A stretch of DNA of 53,824 bases, the filler included, from Basidiobolus ranarum (Eukaryota), in the NCBI GenBank assembly GCA_040143965.1. It is 4 parts of 4 records of this genome, joined end to end, with 100 filler letters (N's around TTAATTAATTAA, not from the genome) between each part and the next. Parts side by side here need not be neighbours in the genome. Positions count along the whole stretch, not along the records: positions 13,503 to 26,887 come from JASJQH010007362.1; positions 26,988 to 40,364 come from JASJQH010007363.1; 2 more parts are not named here. One strand, written 5' to 3'. The first letter of the stretch is position 1. Each line of letters begins with the position of its first letter. The notes beneath the pieces are model-generated. The model did no database searches, was not told where the DNA came from, and saw only the letters and a program-made list of their open reading frames with translations. Of this stretch, positions 25,182 to 38,248 are shown piece after piece. Made by a program: the position numbers and the translations under genes.

Positions 25182-25433
25182 CGAGAAGGACGGTTAAAAA
25201 GTCAAGTAACATAAATTCCAAACATTTGACTTGGAAAATGATTCATGACTGTCGTCATATTCGAATAAATTGTAATTAGCGAACTTCATTCCAAGTGAGG
25301 ACAGAATCCAGGCAATGAATTTTATTATCCAGACAATGAAGGAAAATTGATGATAAAACAAAAAAAAGACGATAATACATTCTCGCACATAAATTAGGAT
25401 TGGTTGAAAAATTCAGAATTGATCATTGAGTGT

Positions 25434-25450
25434 TGGGGTTAGGGTTAGGC
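25434..25450 (+). promoter_or_regulatory. Telomere-like GGGTTAGGGTTAGG element just upstream of the RACK1 TATA-like box
   Basis: TGGGGTTAGGGTTAGGC followed by TTTATAAG, about 90 bp before the ATG of a ribosomal protein gene. Confidence 0.45.
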
Positions 25451-25540
25451 TCAGTTTATAAGGAAGTATAGTGTGGTTCACGACTCCTCCTTTTACCTCG
25501 CTGTTAATTGCTTGACAACAAAAGCTTCAAGTACAGCATC

Positions 25541-26855
25541 ATGGATACCCTTATCTTGCGCGGAACTCTTAAAGGTTAGTTATAAACCACGTCGAAGTGA
25601 GAAATCAAACTTCGATGGATGGATTACCATAGTTAATGGGTTCATATATACATTATTGAGTCAATCCTATTCTAAAATGTAACATTATTGTACGTTAGTG
25701 GATGGTATTCAACAGTAAGCCCTTATTTACCCTTTTCTTTTAACTTCGAACACCAGGCCACACCAACTGGGTCACTGCCATCGCCACCACCCCTGAGAAC
25801 CCTGACATGATCTTGTCTGCTTCCCGCGACAAGTCCATCATTGTCTGGAACCTCACTCGTGATGAGACCAACTACGGTGTCCCTCGTAAGTCTCTTCGTG
25901 GTCATAACCATTTCATCCAAGATATTTCCATCTCCTCCGATGGTCAATTTGTTCTCTCCGCTTCTTGGGATAAGACTCTTCGTCTTTGGGACTTGAACAC
26001 TGGTCTTACCACTCGTCGTTTCGTTGGACACACTGGTGATGTTATGTCTGTCTCCTTCTCTGCTGACAACCGTCAAATTGTCTCCGGATCTCGCGACAAG
26101 TCCATCAAATTGTGGAACACTCTCGGTGAATGCAAATACAACCTCACCGAAAACGGTCACTCTGAGTGGGTCTCTTGCGTTAGATTCTCCCCTAACCCTG
26201 CCAACCCCGTCATTGTCTCCAGTGGTTGGGATAAGCTTGTTAAGGTATGCAACATTCTCTATAAACCTAGTAACTCGCGCCTTTCTAGATGATGTTTTGT
26301 TTATATTTGCTACTTCAGAGGTGACTCGCACTCACCTATGAGATTGATATCCACAACTTTCTGATATTCCATCCAATCACCCTTCTCACACTACCAATTC
26401 CCTTTATACTCACATGTTATTTCCATGCATAGGTTTGGGATCTCTCCAAGTGCAAGATCCGTACCAACCATATTGGTCACTCTGGCTATGTTAACACCCT
26501 TGCTATCTCTCCTGATGGTTCCCTCTGTGCTTCTGCCGGTAAGGATGGTGTTGTCATGCTTTGGGATCTTAACGATGGTAAGCATTTGTACTCCTTGGAA
26601 GCTGGTGATGAGGTCACCGCTTTGGTATTCAGCCCCAACAGATACTGGCTTTGCGCTGCTACCGCCTCTGGTATCAAGATCTGGGATTTGGAATCCAAGT
26701 CTGTTGTTGACGAACTTAAGCCCGAATTCGTTGGTGTTGGACGTAGATCCAATGATCCTCATTGTGTCTCTCTTGCCTGGTCCGCTGATGGCAACACTTT
26801 GTTCTCTGGTTACACCGATAACGAAATCCGTGTCTGGCAAGTTATTAGAGCTTAA
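25541..26855 (+). CDS. ASC1: RACK1 / G-beta-like WD40 40S ribosomal protein (exons 25541-25574, 25757-26244, 26433-26855)
   Basis: [49 protein letters not shown] and [11 protein letters not shown], with strong high-expression codon bias. Confidence 0.98.
26284..26368 (+). ncRNA. snR24: Box C/D snoRNA U24/snR24-like, in RACK1 intron 2
   Basis: C box ATGATG (26289). Guide ATATTTGCTACT is complementary to LSU rRNA AGUAGCAAAUAU. D' CAGA (26316), hairpin AGGTGA/TCACCT, C' ATGAGA, D CTGA (26361). Yeast U24 sits in the ASC1 intron. Confidence 0.9.
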
Positions 26856-26887
26856 ACGTTGGATTGATCAGTATTTTTTGATTTAAC

Positions 26888-26987
26888 NNNNNNNNNNNNN
26901 NNNNNNNNNNNNNNNNNNNNNNNNNNNNNNNTTAATTAATTAANNNNNNNNNNNNNNNNNNNNNNNNNNNNNNNNNNNNNNNNNNNN
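26888..26987. other. Artificial contig spacer (N44-TTAATTAATTAA-N44)
   Basis: Identical 100-nt linker. Confidence 0.97.
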
Positions 26988-27170
26988 GATACGTTGATGC
27001 GGATACATTGATGCAGATAAAATAGTTTATTAGGTTAAATGTTGATGATTTATCAAACCATGAAACAGATTAAAGAATGTGAAAATGAATCCTTAGGAAT
27101 GAATAAATTACAGAAAATCGTGTTGGAACAAGATGGATTGATTTCGTGAAATAATGTTAGGATGTGTGAT

Positions 27171-28549
27171 TTAAAGAGGCAATTCAAACTTGATCTTCAG
27201 ATCGGCTTGACGTGCCATCTCAACAATGCTGGAAAGATCAACTGCCTTCTTGGCGGCATCATCTAAATCGTCAATGGAGAAGATTCTGAGACCTGACTCT
27301 TGGATCAACTTGTTGGCAGCATCGACACGAGTACCTTGGAGACGAACGACCAAAGGAATGTTCAAGTTCAATTGGTTGACGGCAGCAATAATACCTTGAG
27401 CAATGACATCACATCTCATGATACCACCGAAGATGTTGACTAAAATGGCAGAGACACGAGGATCAGTACTGATCAATTTGAAAGCCTCAGTGACTTGTTC
27501 AGCAGTGGCACCTCCCCCTACATCCAAGCAGTTGGCTGGGTCACCACCGTGAAGTTTGATGATTTCCATGGTAGACATAGCAAGACCAGCACCGTTAACG
27601 AGGCAACCGATGGAGCCTTCTAAACCGATGTAGTTAAGGTTGTGCTTGGCAGCCAAAACTTCACGCTCATCTTCTTGGGTAGTATCACGGAGTTCAAAGA
27701 TGTCCTTGTGTCTGAATTCAGCATTCTCATCGAAGTTGAACTTGGCATCCATGCAAAGTACTTCATTAGTGCTAGATTCAACCATAGGGTTGATTTCAAT
27801 CATGGTAGAATCCTTCTCAGAAAAGATTTTATACAACTTCATCATGGTGTCAGCGGCTTGATCAACGCACTTTGAAGAGAATCCCATCTTGGCAGCCAAA
27901 TCCTTGGCTTGATCAAGCTTGAGACCAACATCGATATCAACGGGGAGAGTTAAGATAGCATCAGGGTTTTCGCTGGCAACAGTCTCGATGTCAACTCCAC
28001 CTTGGGAAGAGGCAACAAGGACGGGGCCACCAGTTTGACGGTCCATAAGAATGGCGAAATAGTATTCACGACGAATGAATTCACGCTCGACGACGTAAAC
28101 AGCATTACATTCTCTTCCCTTGGCACCGGTTTGCTTAGTTACAAGCTTGTGACCAAGCATTTGCTCAGCAAACATCTTTGCTTCGGTAGGAGAATAGATA
28201 GGACGAACACCACCCTTTAAACCGGAATCGAAGGTACCTTTACCACGTCCACCGGCAAGTACTTGTGCCTTGATAACCATATCTTCAGTGGCCAAGCGTT
28301 GGGCAACTTCGTAAGCTTGTTGAGGAGTTTTGGCAACCTCACCCTTAGGAATCTTGACACCATATTGTTTCAACAATCCCATGGAGAGATACTCGTGAAT
28401 AGAGAGAAATCTCCGTTGATTATTTTGAACAGGTTTAACCTAATGAGCAAGAAAAAACCAATTAATATAGATTCTGAAGTATTTCAGTTTTTTAAGTTAC
28501 TTACAGTTCTGGCGGTAACCGATGCTCTAGTAAGTAGATTTCTGAACAT
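27171..28549 (-). CDS. LSC2: Succinyl-CoA ligase beta subunit, mitochondrial (exons 28549-28505, 28439-27171)
   Basis: [34 protein letters not shown] and [10 protein letters not shown], with the presequence in exon 1. Confidence 0.97.
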
Positions 28550-30368
28550 TCTTTACTATGTATGTGTTTAACAAACGAAGGAAATTATACAAGTGTGCGT
28601 TGGAAGTGGGGACAAGAAAAGAATTACGAGAAAATAGTCAATCCAAGGACCACACGTATTGAGTCAAGATCATATTTATATAGATGCTACCAGTGTAAAT
28701 CATCAGACTCTACCTTGATTGGATCGATTCATTCATATTAGCAGATATTCGTGGAATAATAATAGCATTAGTTCAAAAAAAGAGAAGATTAGAACATAGC
28801 AGATTTGACATATTAGATGATTATTGGTGCATGGGACTTGAGATAGAGCAAAAGTAGGATGGAAATATGATTATGATACAACAATCTATCAGCGTTACAC
28901 TCCGCCGCAAAAGGCTTTGGCCCTGTATTTCCAAATGCAATATCCAGTGAGGCTTCACGGGTTGCGGGTTTATAAGCATGAATACCCCATGAACGAGAGT
29001 GGCTCAAAGCAGTCTGCTATTGGCATGCCAATCAATAGAAATTATCGATTAATTAAATGTCTGTACATAACCAGAGAGTATTCCCAGAAATGGATGTCTC
29101 TTGTGATCGCATGCAACCCCAGCTATTCCTAAGAGGAAGCCACTTATGACAGCCGAGAATCTGATTGGCTTTAATCCGTATTAAAACAAGTGCATTCATC
29201 CAAGTTACGACAGCTTCGTCCTCAACCAGCCACATACACCATATCCAGCACCCCAACATGACTTTTGCCACATCGTGAGCCATTGCACACCTCCACTACA
29301 TATATGCTTAGCAAATGTTGATTTCGTAACCGCAAAAACGGACATGAGTCTTACTACCCCTACATGTTAGTTATCCAGGTTCAAGCAGTGCCACGTTTGT
29401 CTCTGAGATGTGATTGGTTGATCCAGGGGCCACTATAGGATCCCTCATTTTTCGTGAAGAACATCATATCCCTCTTATTCCTATTTGGAAGATGCTGGGG
29501 TCTTGTATGGGGAAAATGATCCATATAAATAAATATGCAGCTCTGAGATAGTAACAATGATCTGAACGCTTTCCCCAGCTTCAGTGGCACAAGTGGGGGT
29601 CAGTGGTAATCAGACAGTGGTTGCGGGACGTAATGCGAATGTAGGGAATTAATGACAGGGATTTAGGGCAAGTATATAAGTATCATGAGAGTAGCTGATC
29701 TTATGACTCGGGAAAGAGTGCTCCCTGTGGGATTCCGAGGACAGCATTAGCTCCGATAGAGAAGCAACCTCTTGATTTATCTTGATTTCACTAAGAAATG
29801 GCAAGATAGGAGAAGGCAACCATTGTGTAACATGCGTGAGATTCAAGGAATTGTGTGATTTCAACTGATAAAAAGTATCATCCAATTGTAACGTCGTCCA
29901 CTTAAAGTTTATTTGTATTTTGACGTTTCTCCCCTTCCTCATGTCACCTCACCCGCCACCTACCCATGTCACTTCGAACTAAAGGGCCATATGTGGTGAA
30001 ACCATAGTTCAGCAAAATGAAATACCGCGTTGGGTAAAACCAATTCGACCAGGGATGATGGTGGGAAAGGTGTAGGCTATAGAGCCAGGGAACTTTTGCC
30101 TCTTGAATATATTAATTGAATCGTTTGGTACATCAGCCTGTCAATTTCTTGTTATAGAAGGTATGGCTTAAAAAAATATTTGGCCTTGGTTTTGGTAAAT
30201 CCTGCAAATAGGTTGACGCCACATCGTTGCTTTTGGCAGGAAATTCAATAGACAGGTCTTTGTTGATTTGAAGTTTACTGTGGTTTTTAAATTTACATCT
30301 AAAACGTTTTGAGCTAGCACTGATCCTCACGTTGCAAAACATAATTTCCTGGTGTTGTATAATATAAC

Positions 30369-33300
30369 TCACTGTTCTCGAAGGGCAAAATGCTCGGTCA
30401 CTCGGGTCCAGATCTGATCATGGAGGCGATTAAGAGTGACGTTAGGAAGCTCTGTTCGTACACCTAGAATATAAGAACCGAGTCAGAACTTCAGTAACAT
30501 GATCTGTAGCGACGACACTGGAAAAAGAATCATTATGTTCTAACCATATATGTGACAATTGCCGAATTCTTCTCCTTGACAATCCTCCTTAGCGACCGGG
30601 TGTATAAGAACATACGAATGCTACCAATATGTTTGATTCAATTACAATGGATCCAGTGATGAAGGTTGTTTAGCAAAATCCGACTTACCTTATAGTACCA
30701 ATGAGCTATACTCTGCTCGACACTGGGGACCACCGATCCGGGAATCATTACGAAATACACGGAACGCTGCTGGCGTTGTAGTTCTTTAGCTAGATAGACA
30801 CATTTAGCCACAGATGAAATATGTTAGTGTAGTGCTCAAACCAAGTCTAGTCATAATATGATGTCATTTCTGGGGTAAATGTCTTTCACCTTTCTTTGAT
30901 ATTAAATGGCATACGCCATCCACACCTGCGCCGGTGGATATAATTAGGATTCGTTTAGCGGTGGTTACTCTGAGTTGAAATTTAGTAACATGTTCAGAAA
31001 TCATCAAAAGTGGGTGCAATAAACCTACTCTACACATCGTTCCCATATATGTTGTACTAAGCTGTTGACAACACTTTTATCTGCATCTTGGAATCTTTCC
31101 TAGTACACGTGTTGCTTTTAATAAATCACATCTAACTAATCCTCAATAAAAATTAGCTTACTTTTAATGGAATGTTCACATCCACGAGTTCCATAGAGTT
31201 TTCTTTTATCGTTTTAGCATACCGGTTAAATGTATCGATCTAGGATTCAAACGTCAGCGTGATTTACACTAAAAGATAGATCCATACTCTTACCATAAAT
31301 GTTTTATCATAAGATAACTGCTCTGTATCATTCCTATATTCAGCATTTGTAGTCAGTAACAATACACAGCGCTATGTGTCTCCTTGGACATCTTGAGAAA
31401 CTTACATGTCGTGTATAAAGATCGCCAATGAGTTAGCACGGTAGATACCAGAGCTTATAACGCGGAAATGTTGAGTTTATGGTAAATACTACAAATGAAT
31501 GCATTGATTTGAGGATTGGGGTACCTGTAGTATACTTCGCCTTTATAGCAGTCTGGTATTTCGGGGTTATCTAGTGGAAGTTCCAGCAATTGAAGATCCC
31601 TCACCAGAAAGTCGTGACGAAGTGGCGTAACAGCTGATAAAAAGTGAACATAATTAGTTGTGATCACCTCTAGATGAGGCTAAAATATAAGCCTTACTTT
31701 TTTTTGTATCAACAACTTCGGGGCCTGTTGAAAGGAAAACCACGTGTAAGTGTTACCATCACTCATTCATAATTCTTATTTACTTTACCCGGAATCGGTA
31801 TATTGAGATGTGACCCTTGTAGTGATTTCCAATAATCTGATTGTACGTGCACAACTCTATGAGCCGTCTCGATGCATCTAGGACTAGGTACCATTGGTAA
31901 AGACAGAGGTGGATCCTCTCCAAGTAGAACTTTGAAGCAGGCCAAAGCGGATATTCCAATTGCATCTAAACTGTATCCACCTTCCATAGCTAATACTAAT
32001 TTTCCCCCAGAAATAGACTTCATTAAATAGGTCATGTGCGCATATGCAGAGGGGGTAACAAAGCATTCTCCAATATCGTCACCTAACCTCAAAATAAAAT
32101 AATGAGTAAGAAATGGACAAGTCCGAGAGTCCATCAAAACATAAGCTTACCAGCAGCAGCGTCAAATCCTGATGCAACTACAAATTTGAGAAAATAGTTA
32201 TTTGCCGAATCTAAAGGCGACGAGTATTAGCGTTCAAGTGTTTACCTACAACAATTTCAGGAGAAAATTCTCTCGCTATGGGCATGATTATATGGTTCAT
32301 AACATACAGATAATCAGCATCACCCATTCCAGCACAAGGCCAGGGGATATTGACGGTTCTAGTATTCATGATATGACTCAGTTAGTAATGGACAGAATGC
32401 GTTGCCAAAAGGAAAAGTCAGCGCTTACTTTCCAACTCCCGGACCCTCTCCGACCACATAATGTGCAGCAGCAGTTGAATATGGGTAAAATTGAGCATTT
32501 TCATATCGATGAATTGAAATATACAAAACATCAGGGTCATCAATGAAGGCTTTCTGAATTCCATTACCTAAAGATAGATCATGTCTTAGTATGGCTAGAA
32601 TATCATCAGTTCATAGGCAAATATGTGCCAACTTGCCATGATGAATGTCCCTGTCATAGTGATTACATAGAAAAATGTCATGTTAACTTATAATCAACAT
32701 TGAATGCAAGTCTCGCTTTTCAATAAAGTAAATAAACTTAGCCTACCAGTCAAGTATCAACACTTTTTTTACTCCATGCTTTTGTTGAAGTACCCGAACT
32801 GCGACTGCTACATTATTATAAAGGCAGAAACCCATTGGCTAATAATATATTAGCACTTAATGAAGTGATCGATTCGCGAAGATATAGGGAATGTACCTCG
32901 TCTGGCTCAGCATGATGTCCTCTGGTGTTACAATATATCAATGGATGTGAATCTATTTGTTTTGAAATGATCTTTACAGAAGAGAAAAGCATGAATTGAA
33001 CTACTTACGGAGGTCTAACTACAGCCATTCCATTCCTAACTTTCCCCGTATGAACTGCATCTACTAACTCGATTACTCCACCACAAGACAACCTAGCACA
33101 AAAGCCACTTTCATTATTCAAGTAAATAGAATTATATTGGCTAGCAGTAGTCTTCAGGTCTTTATAAGTTAGATCTATATCGTTTGAAAGTTGTAAGGTT
33201 GACTATTTTTGTATTCCAATGGCCAGTTAGACTTATACCTGATATGGAGGCAACTTCTTCATGATGTTCTTTTGAGTGAACTAATCTTATCTCCTCATCA

Positions 33301-33581
33301 GTTGCTTCACGGGCAGGAATACGTACACATTTTTCCAAACAACCCGTACTCTCTAAAGCCTCATATACTCGCCATATTCTGCGAGGATCCTCAGGATGAT
33401 CAAGTTCGTTATGAATCGAGCGGTGAAATTTCATGCGTACATCGTAAACTAAACCTGTGTTGGAATCATTTGAGGCATTGGACTGTTGGTAACTACTTAA
33501 TTGAGGAGAAGGATTGTTGGATTCAAGACTGTCGGATTCTGAATCGGATACTACTAATCTTCTATGATTTCTTCTTATCAT
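30369..33581 (-). CDS. HDA1: Class II histone deacetylase HDA1/Clr3-like with C-terminal Arb2-like region (many short exons)
   Basis: [46 protein letters not shown] and LAMEGGY, assembled across GT/GC-AG introns. Confidence 0.92.
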
Positions 33582-34146
33582 GTTTATTATACCAAGTTTA
33601 GTTAGCTAAAGAGGAAATTTGAAGGTATTATGGTCTATGATTTTTAATCGAAAGTATGCTAGTAATTTCTTTTAATTTATTATTGTTAATTCTGTTGATT
33701 ATATTACATACCACATAATAATTTTAAAGCTCAAGCCAAATGAATCATTGAGCCAGAGTTCAACACTGGCAAAGTTAAATTATAAATACATGTATATATC
33801 TCTCTATATATAATGGGCCATGTTTGACCATTTAATACAGAATAACTTGTGTTGGACTTGGTTTATTTAAAACAACTTGAGTATTCTGGGGAAGAATATA
33901 AACAAGCTTGTTGAAAAATAATAGCTTGTAGAAACCATGTACAGAGGAGTAAAGCGACATTGAACCGGATGTTCATTCAAGGAAGGCTAAATATAATATA
34001 GTGATTTAAAAATGTGTGATAAACAGAGGATCTATCGAAAAAAGGTCAAGTATACAGAATAGGTAATAATATATCTTGATATTTACCAAACAAAACGACT
34101 AGTTGAAAAAATCAATTATTAAATTGATATGTTTTTCTTTCTCTAT

Positions 34147-37058
34147 TTACCAGCAGAAAGAGTCCATATTATTGAAAAAAGCTTGGTTGTCCACATCAAT
34201 ACGATAGCTAGGCTTCCCTTCCTCGGATTCATCAGATTCCGAATCAGATTCATCGTCAAAATACCCCCTTCTCATTGTATCCATGCTTTTGGATGGTTTT
34301 AAAACTGAAGCGTCTGTTCTATCAAATGCCCGGATCCTCTGAGCTACAAATGAATTTGGCATTGATAGCGAGCCTGATGATTTAATATTGGTTCGAGTGG
34401 CCTGTTGATCCAATGTATCTTCTGAAGTGGTCGGAGGTGCTTCTTTGGTTTCTAGAGGTTTGTTATCTATCACAGACACTGCACCACAAACACTATGTTC
34501 TGATTGTACAGTTTCTCTAGTAGAGGAGAGTACCGCACTAGCCTCCAGAATTGACTCCGATAAGAGACTGTTTTCTTGCTTTAGTTGATGAAATCTAGAC
34601 AATGTGTACTTACGGGAAATTAATATCATGGTGCGAAAATCAATCATTCAATTAAATTATATACTTGGGAAAGATTTGCGATCCCACTATTGACAGTCTC
34701 TTTATCAGCACTCTGAGAAGAATTGAACATCTTAAGGGGAGATCTGTCATCTATCAATTTAACGAAATCTCCAACATCTTCTTCATCAGGCTGATTTGTT
34801 AATATAGACTATATAGTAAACGCGTTAAAAATAAGGGGATAAAAAATTTCTACTTTGTTCAAAAAGCTTACAGCTCGGCTTTGAGGTCGAGATGTACGTC
34901 CAGTGTTGTCATACAAGCCGTCATTACTCAACAGAGAGGCTGTTCGATGACGACGAGGTAAACCCGGCGAAGCCCGTACTTCTTCTCGCGAAAAGTCGGA
35001 GCTAAATCGATTTCCGAATGAAGAAGCTAGTTTCGTCGTGGTTGTGGAAGTTCTTGCTAAGGGTGGTGGAGGTGTTGCTCCAGTCCGGGAAAATGACGAG
35101 TGAGCATACTGTTGGTGGAGTGAGGTACTCGAGTTTCTTTTGCGAAGGCTTCCCAGACTAGGGGAAGCCGAATTCTCATGTACTGAAGCAGGGGAAGAGG
35201 AGAGCGAAGGCGATTTGAATGGAGATATTATAGAAAGTGATGGACGAGAAGATGGGGATCTACTGTATATTGAAGAAGCTTGATTCTACGAATATGAAAA
35301 TTTTACTATTAACACAATTATTTAATAGCCGTGTTTCAGCAAACATACTAACCCATACTGGTCTACGAAGTGAATTTGATGGAATTTGGTTTGTTCCGGA
35401 TGCACCAACTCGGTTATCAAATTCACTACGGCTCTCATTTTCGTAAATATCCATAGAGTTTTTTCCACCAGTACTTGAAAGGGAACGAGTACGGACATGA
35501 TGTCTAGAACCGGCAGATGAGAGTGTGGGAGAAGGTCGTAGATTTGGAGGTTGTGAAAAACGGCGAACATCATACTCCTTTGGTGAAAAAGATGAACCGG
35601 CACGAGGAGTTGTAGACGATATAGGTTTGGATACATAATCATCAGTACTAGGAATGCGTGCCGATCCGTGAGATGAGCGAAGTGAGCTCGTACGTGAAAT
35701 CTAAAGTTGGGGGTCAGTGACATGATTCTTATTAACAATCAAGAAAGAACAAATTACTCTGTAACTTCGACTTTCTAAAGAGCCATGCTGTCTACTACCA
35801 TATGAGTGGTCTTGGTATTGCGATTCGATCTCATTTGGAGACGAAGTAAGAAAGTTTTCTTTATCTGTTGTGGTAAATCTAGAACTAAGGACGGCTTCCG
35901 GATCTTCCACACAAAAATTGCAATTTGATCGGTATCTTACATTCAAAACGAAAGAGCTAATACAGAAAACATATATCAGCATATAATACGGCATCTTACA
36001 CTATATTTGAGAGATTACCCTAAAGGAGTATCAATGGGGTCAAAGGCATGGTTTGAAGCGCTCCCATGAGAGTCTGTTTCGGATATTGGTGTATCTTGTT
36101 TGAATTCATTAGTTGATCTTCATTTCCAAATATATGTACAACAAATGAAAGATAATCACCTATTCCAATTTCATTGTCAGGTGTCATAGGAGCTGTAGTC
36201 AAACGATATCCCAACTTGAGTCCATTCAGCTTCATCTTACGAAGTCGACGGAACAATCTATATGCCGGTAACTGACGTACGTATGTATATAGCGATCTAA
36301 AAAACACTATAGATTTTTTGTAGACGATAGGCAGATCTACGACACTCGAGTTTACTGGCTCCCTAAAAGTGTACATACTAGTTTAATCAAAATCAACGTC
36401 AGTGGATATCGTTTCTCAACTTACATAAGAAATAGCTGCCATGACTCAAGTAGGATAGTCTGCTTCTTACTGATTTTGTCGATATATTTGAGATGTGTAC
36501 TTAGACTGCCATTGCCGATGTCAACTCTCACTTTCTGCATTAATTCATCATTTATAACTAGAATCTGTCTGTGGTTTAATTCTGAGGCGTCCAAGTAAAT
36601 TTCTAATATCATAGGCGAAGGAGATGTTGATAGACAGGTGGTTCGCCAATACTTTAATTCTGTTTTATAGGTTTTATAATCTTCGAGTTCCAAATTAAAC
36701 TACATTTTTAATTTGTATATTTCAGGAAACGTAAGGATTTCAACTTCAAATATGGAGCTATAAGTGATCTTACCCATTTGTTGACTTTCTTGGAAGAGGC
36801 ACTTGTTGGAGGAGTAGTATTCAATATTCTAGCCTGAAGAAGGATTTGTGTGACTTTAGTGTAGAAATTCTATGGGAAATCGTCGAAAAATGAGTAATTA
36901 ATTATGGCCATCTATAGTAAGAAAACACTTCCTCAGACCTGAGCTATTTGTTCGCATCTTTGGTTGCGTGCAGATAATGAAGCAGATGTACTAGCAACAG
37001 ACGGCGTATAAGCGGATGAGAGTGGCGGAGAGTCTGTTACGAGTGGTGTACGATTCAT
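34147..37058 (-). CDS. ATG13: Autophagy-related protein 13 (N-terminal HORMA domain, long disordered region)
   Basis: EQIAQNFYTK, NKWFNLEL, MILEIYLD, ILLESW, VYKKSIVFFRSLYTYVRQLPAYRL, plus C-terminal DVGDFVKLID and LSRFHQLKQENSLLSES. Confidence 0.9.
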
Positions 37059-37258
37059 TGTCTTTCTTGTTATAGGTGAAAAGAGGTAACTTTCATTTTA
37101 CTTGGGTATATGTATGAAGGCCTATCCAAAGACCAGAAGATGAAAAAACAAAAGCAAATAAAAGAAAAGTGAGAGTAGTGATAGGAACAATAATTTTGGT
37201 AGGCAGCAGTCCAAGGCGTTTCATATAGGTATTGACTATCCCCTTTGTCAATAATTGC

Positions 37259-37316
37259 GGTCAACTGACACCAATCACCTTTATGATAGCTGGGGTCAAC
37301 TGACACCAATGATAGC
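37259..37316. repeat. Exact 17-bp direct repeat GGTCAACTGACACCAAT in the ATG13 promoter
   Basis: Copies at 37259-37275 and 37294-37310. ATGATAGC also occurs twice. Confidence 0.85.
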
Positions 37317-38248
37317 ATCTACTCCCATTATTAACACCAAAATTCAACACGACGATGTTTAATTTCGCATATGGGCAATTTGAATTGTGCTCTTGTGTAT
37401 TACTTTCTTTGCAGGTGGAAATTCACTTTGGGATGCTTGGTGGATGGTTTCATAATCAGAAGGTGTATTTCGATCTTACCAAAAACTATATGCAAGATCC
37501 ACGATCCTAAACTTAGTCGTAACGTACGCCTGTTGCATTGAGTGCAAGATTACTTTGTAGCATACATATTAGCATACATACAGCTCAAGGGACGTTTTTC
37601 TGATGTTGCGTTTAGCAAAGCAGTCCCAAGTCCCGGAGCGAGTCTGGATTGGTAGGCGTGACCAGAAAAGGGCAGAATCCAGTTTATGTTAAACCAAGAG
37701 AACTGACCTGGTCTTGAGAAATGAAACTTGTTCTGATCTATAACGTATAATAATAACGTGTCCTTGGAGTTCTGAAAACATCTCAATCGCTGGACCCTAG
37801 CCCTGCTATCGACTTGCTTGTTCAATCCTCGATTGATTGAAAATGATACTAGAGAAACATTCTAATTTTACTTGAAAGCTCGAGTATTAAGCTTGCACAA
37901 TCTAGAAAGTGCTGGATTTTTTCTCTAATAAGCAGTCCAATTTTGCCTAAGGATAGTAGTAGGGTTTGATATTACATGGTCGTTCAGTGTCTCAGTTGCA
38001 TGTCAATGATAAGAATTTGATTTAATCGCCCGCTTTCAATCATACGTAGACAGTCACATCCCATACCACACTCGTCATTAATCTATCCGGTTTAGTGGAG
38101 CTCTCTTCGAGGCCGAGTATAATCTGTCAGTGCTGACAACGCATTCTGTTTTACTTAAGCTCTTTTCTCTACTTGTGCTGATTTCAAACATTACAGATCA
38201 ACTTGTTTTCCTCATCATTCCATTTTACATATCTATCCCACCTCCATT

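Noticed and set aside
25723..26840. Long antisense ORFs opposite RACK1 (also opposite ILV2 and LSC2)
   Set aside because: Shadow ORFs produced by the codon bias of highly expressed genes.
37600..37740. GC-richer hairpin region with AAGTCCCGG resembling an RNase MRP/P conserved region
   Set aside because: No complementary 3' P4 strand or CR-V motif was found downstream.
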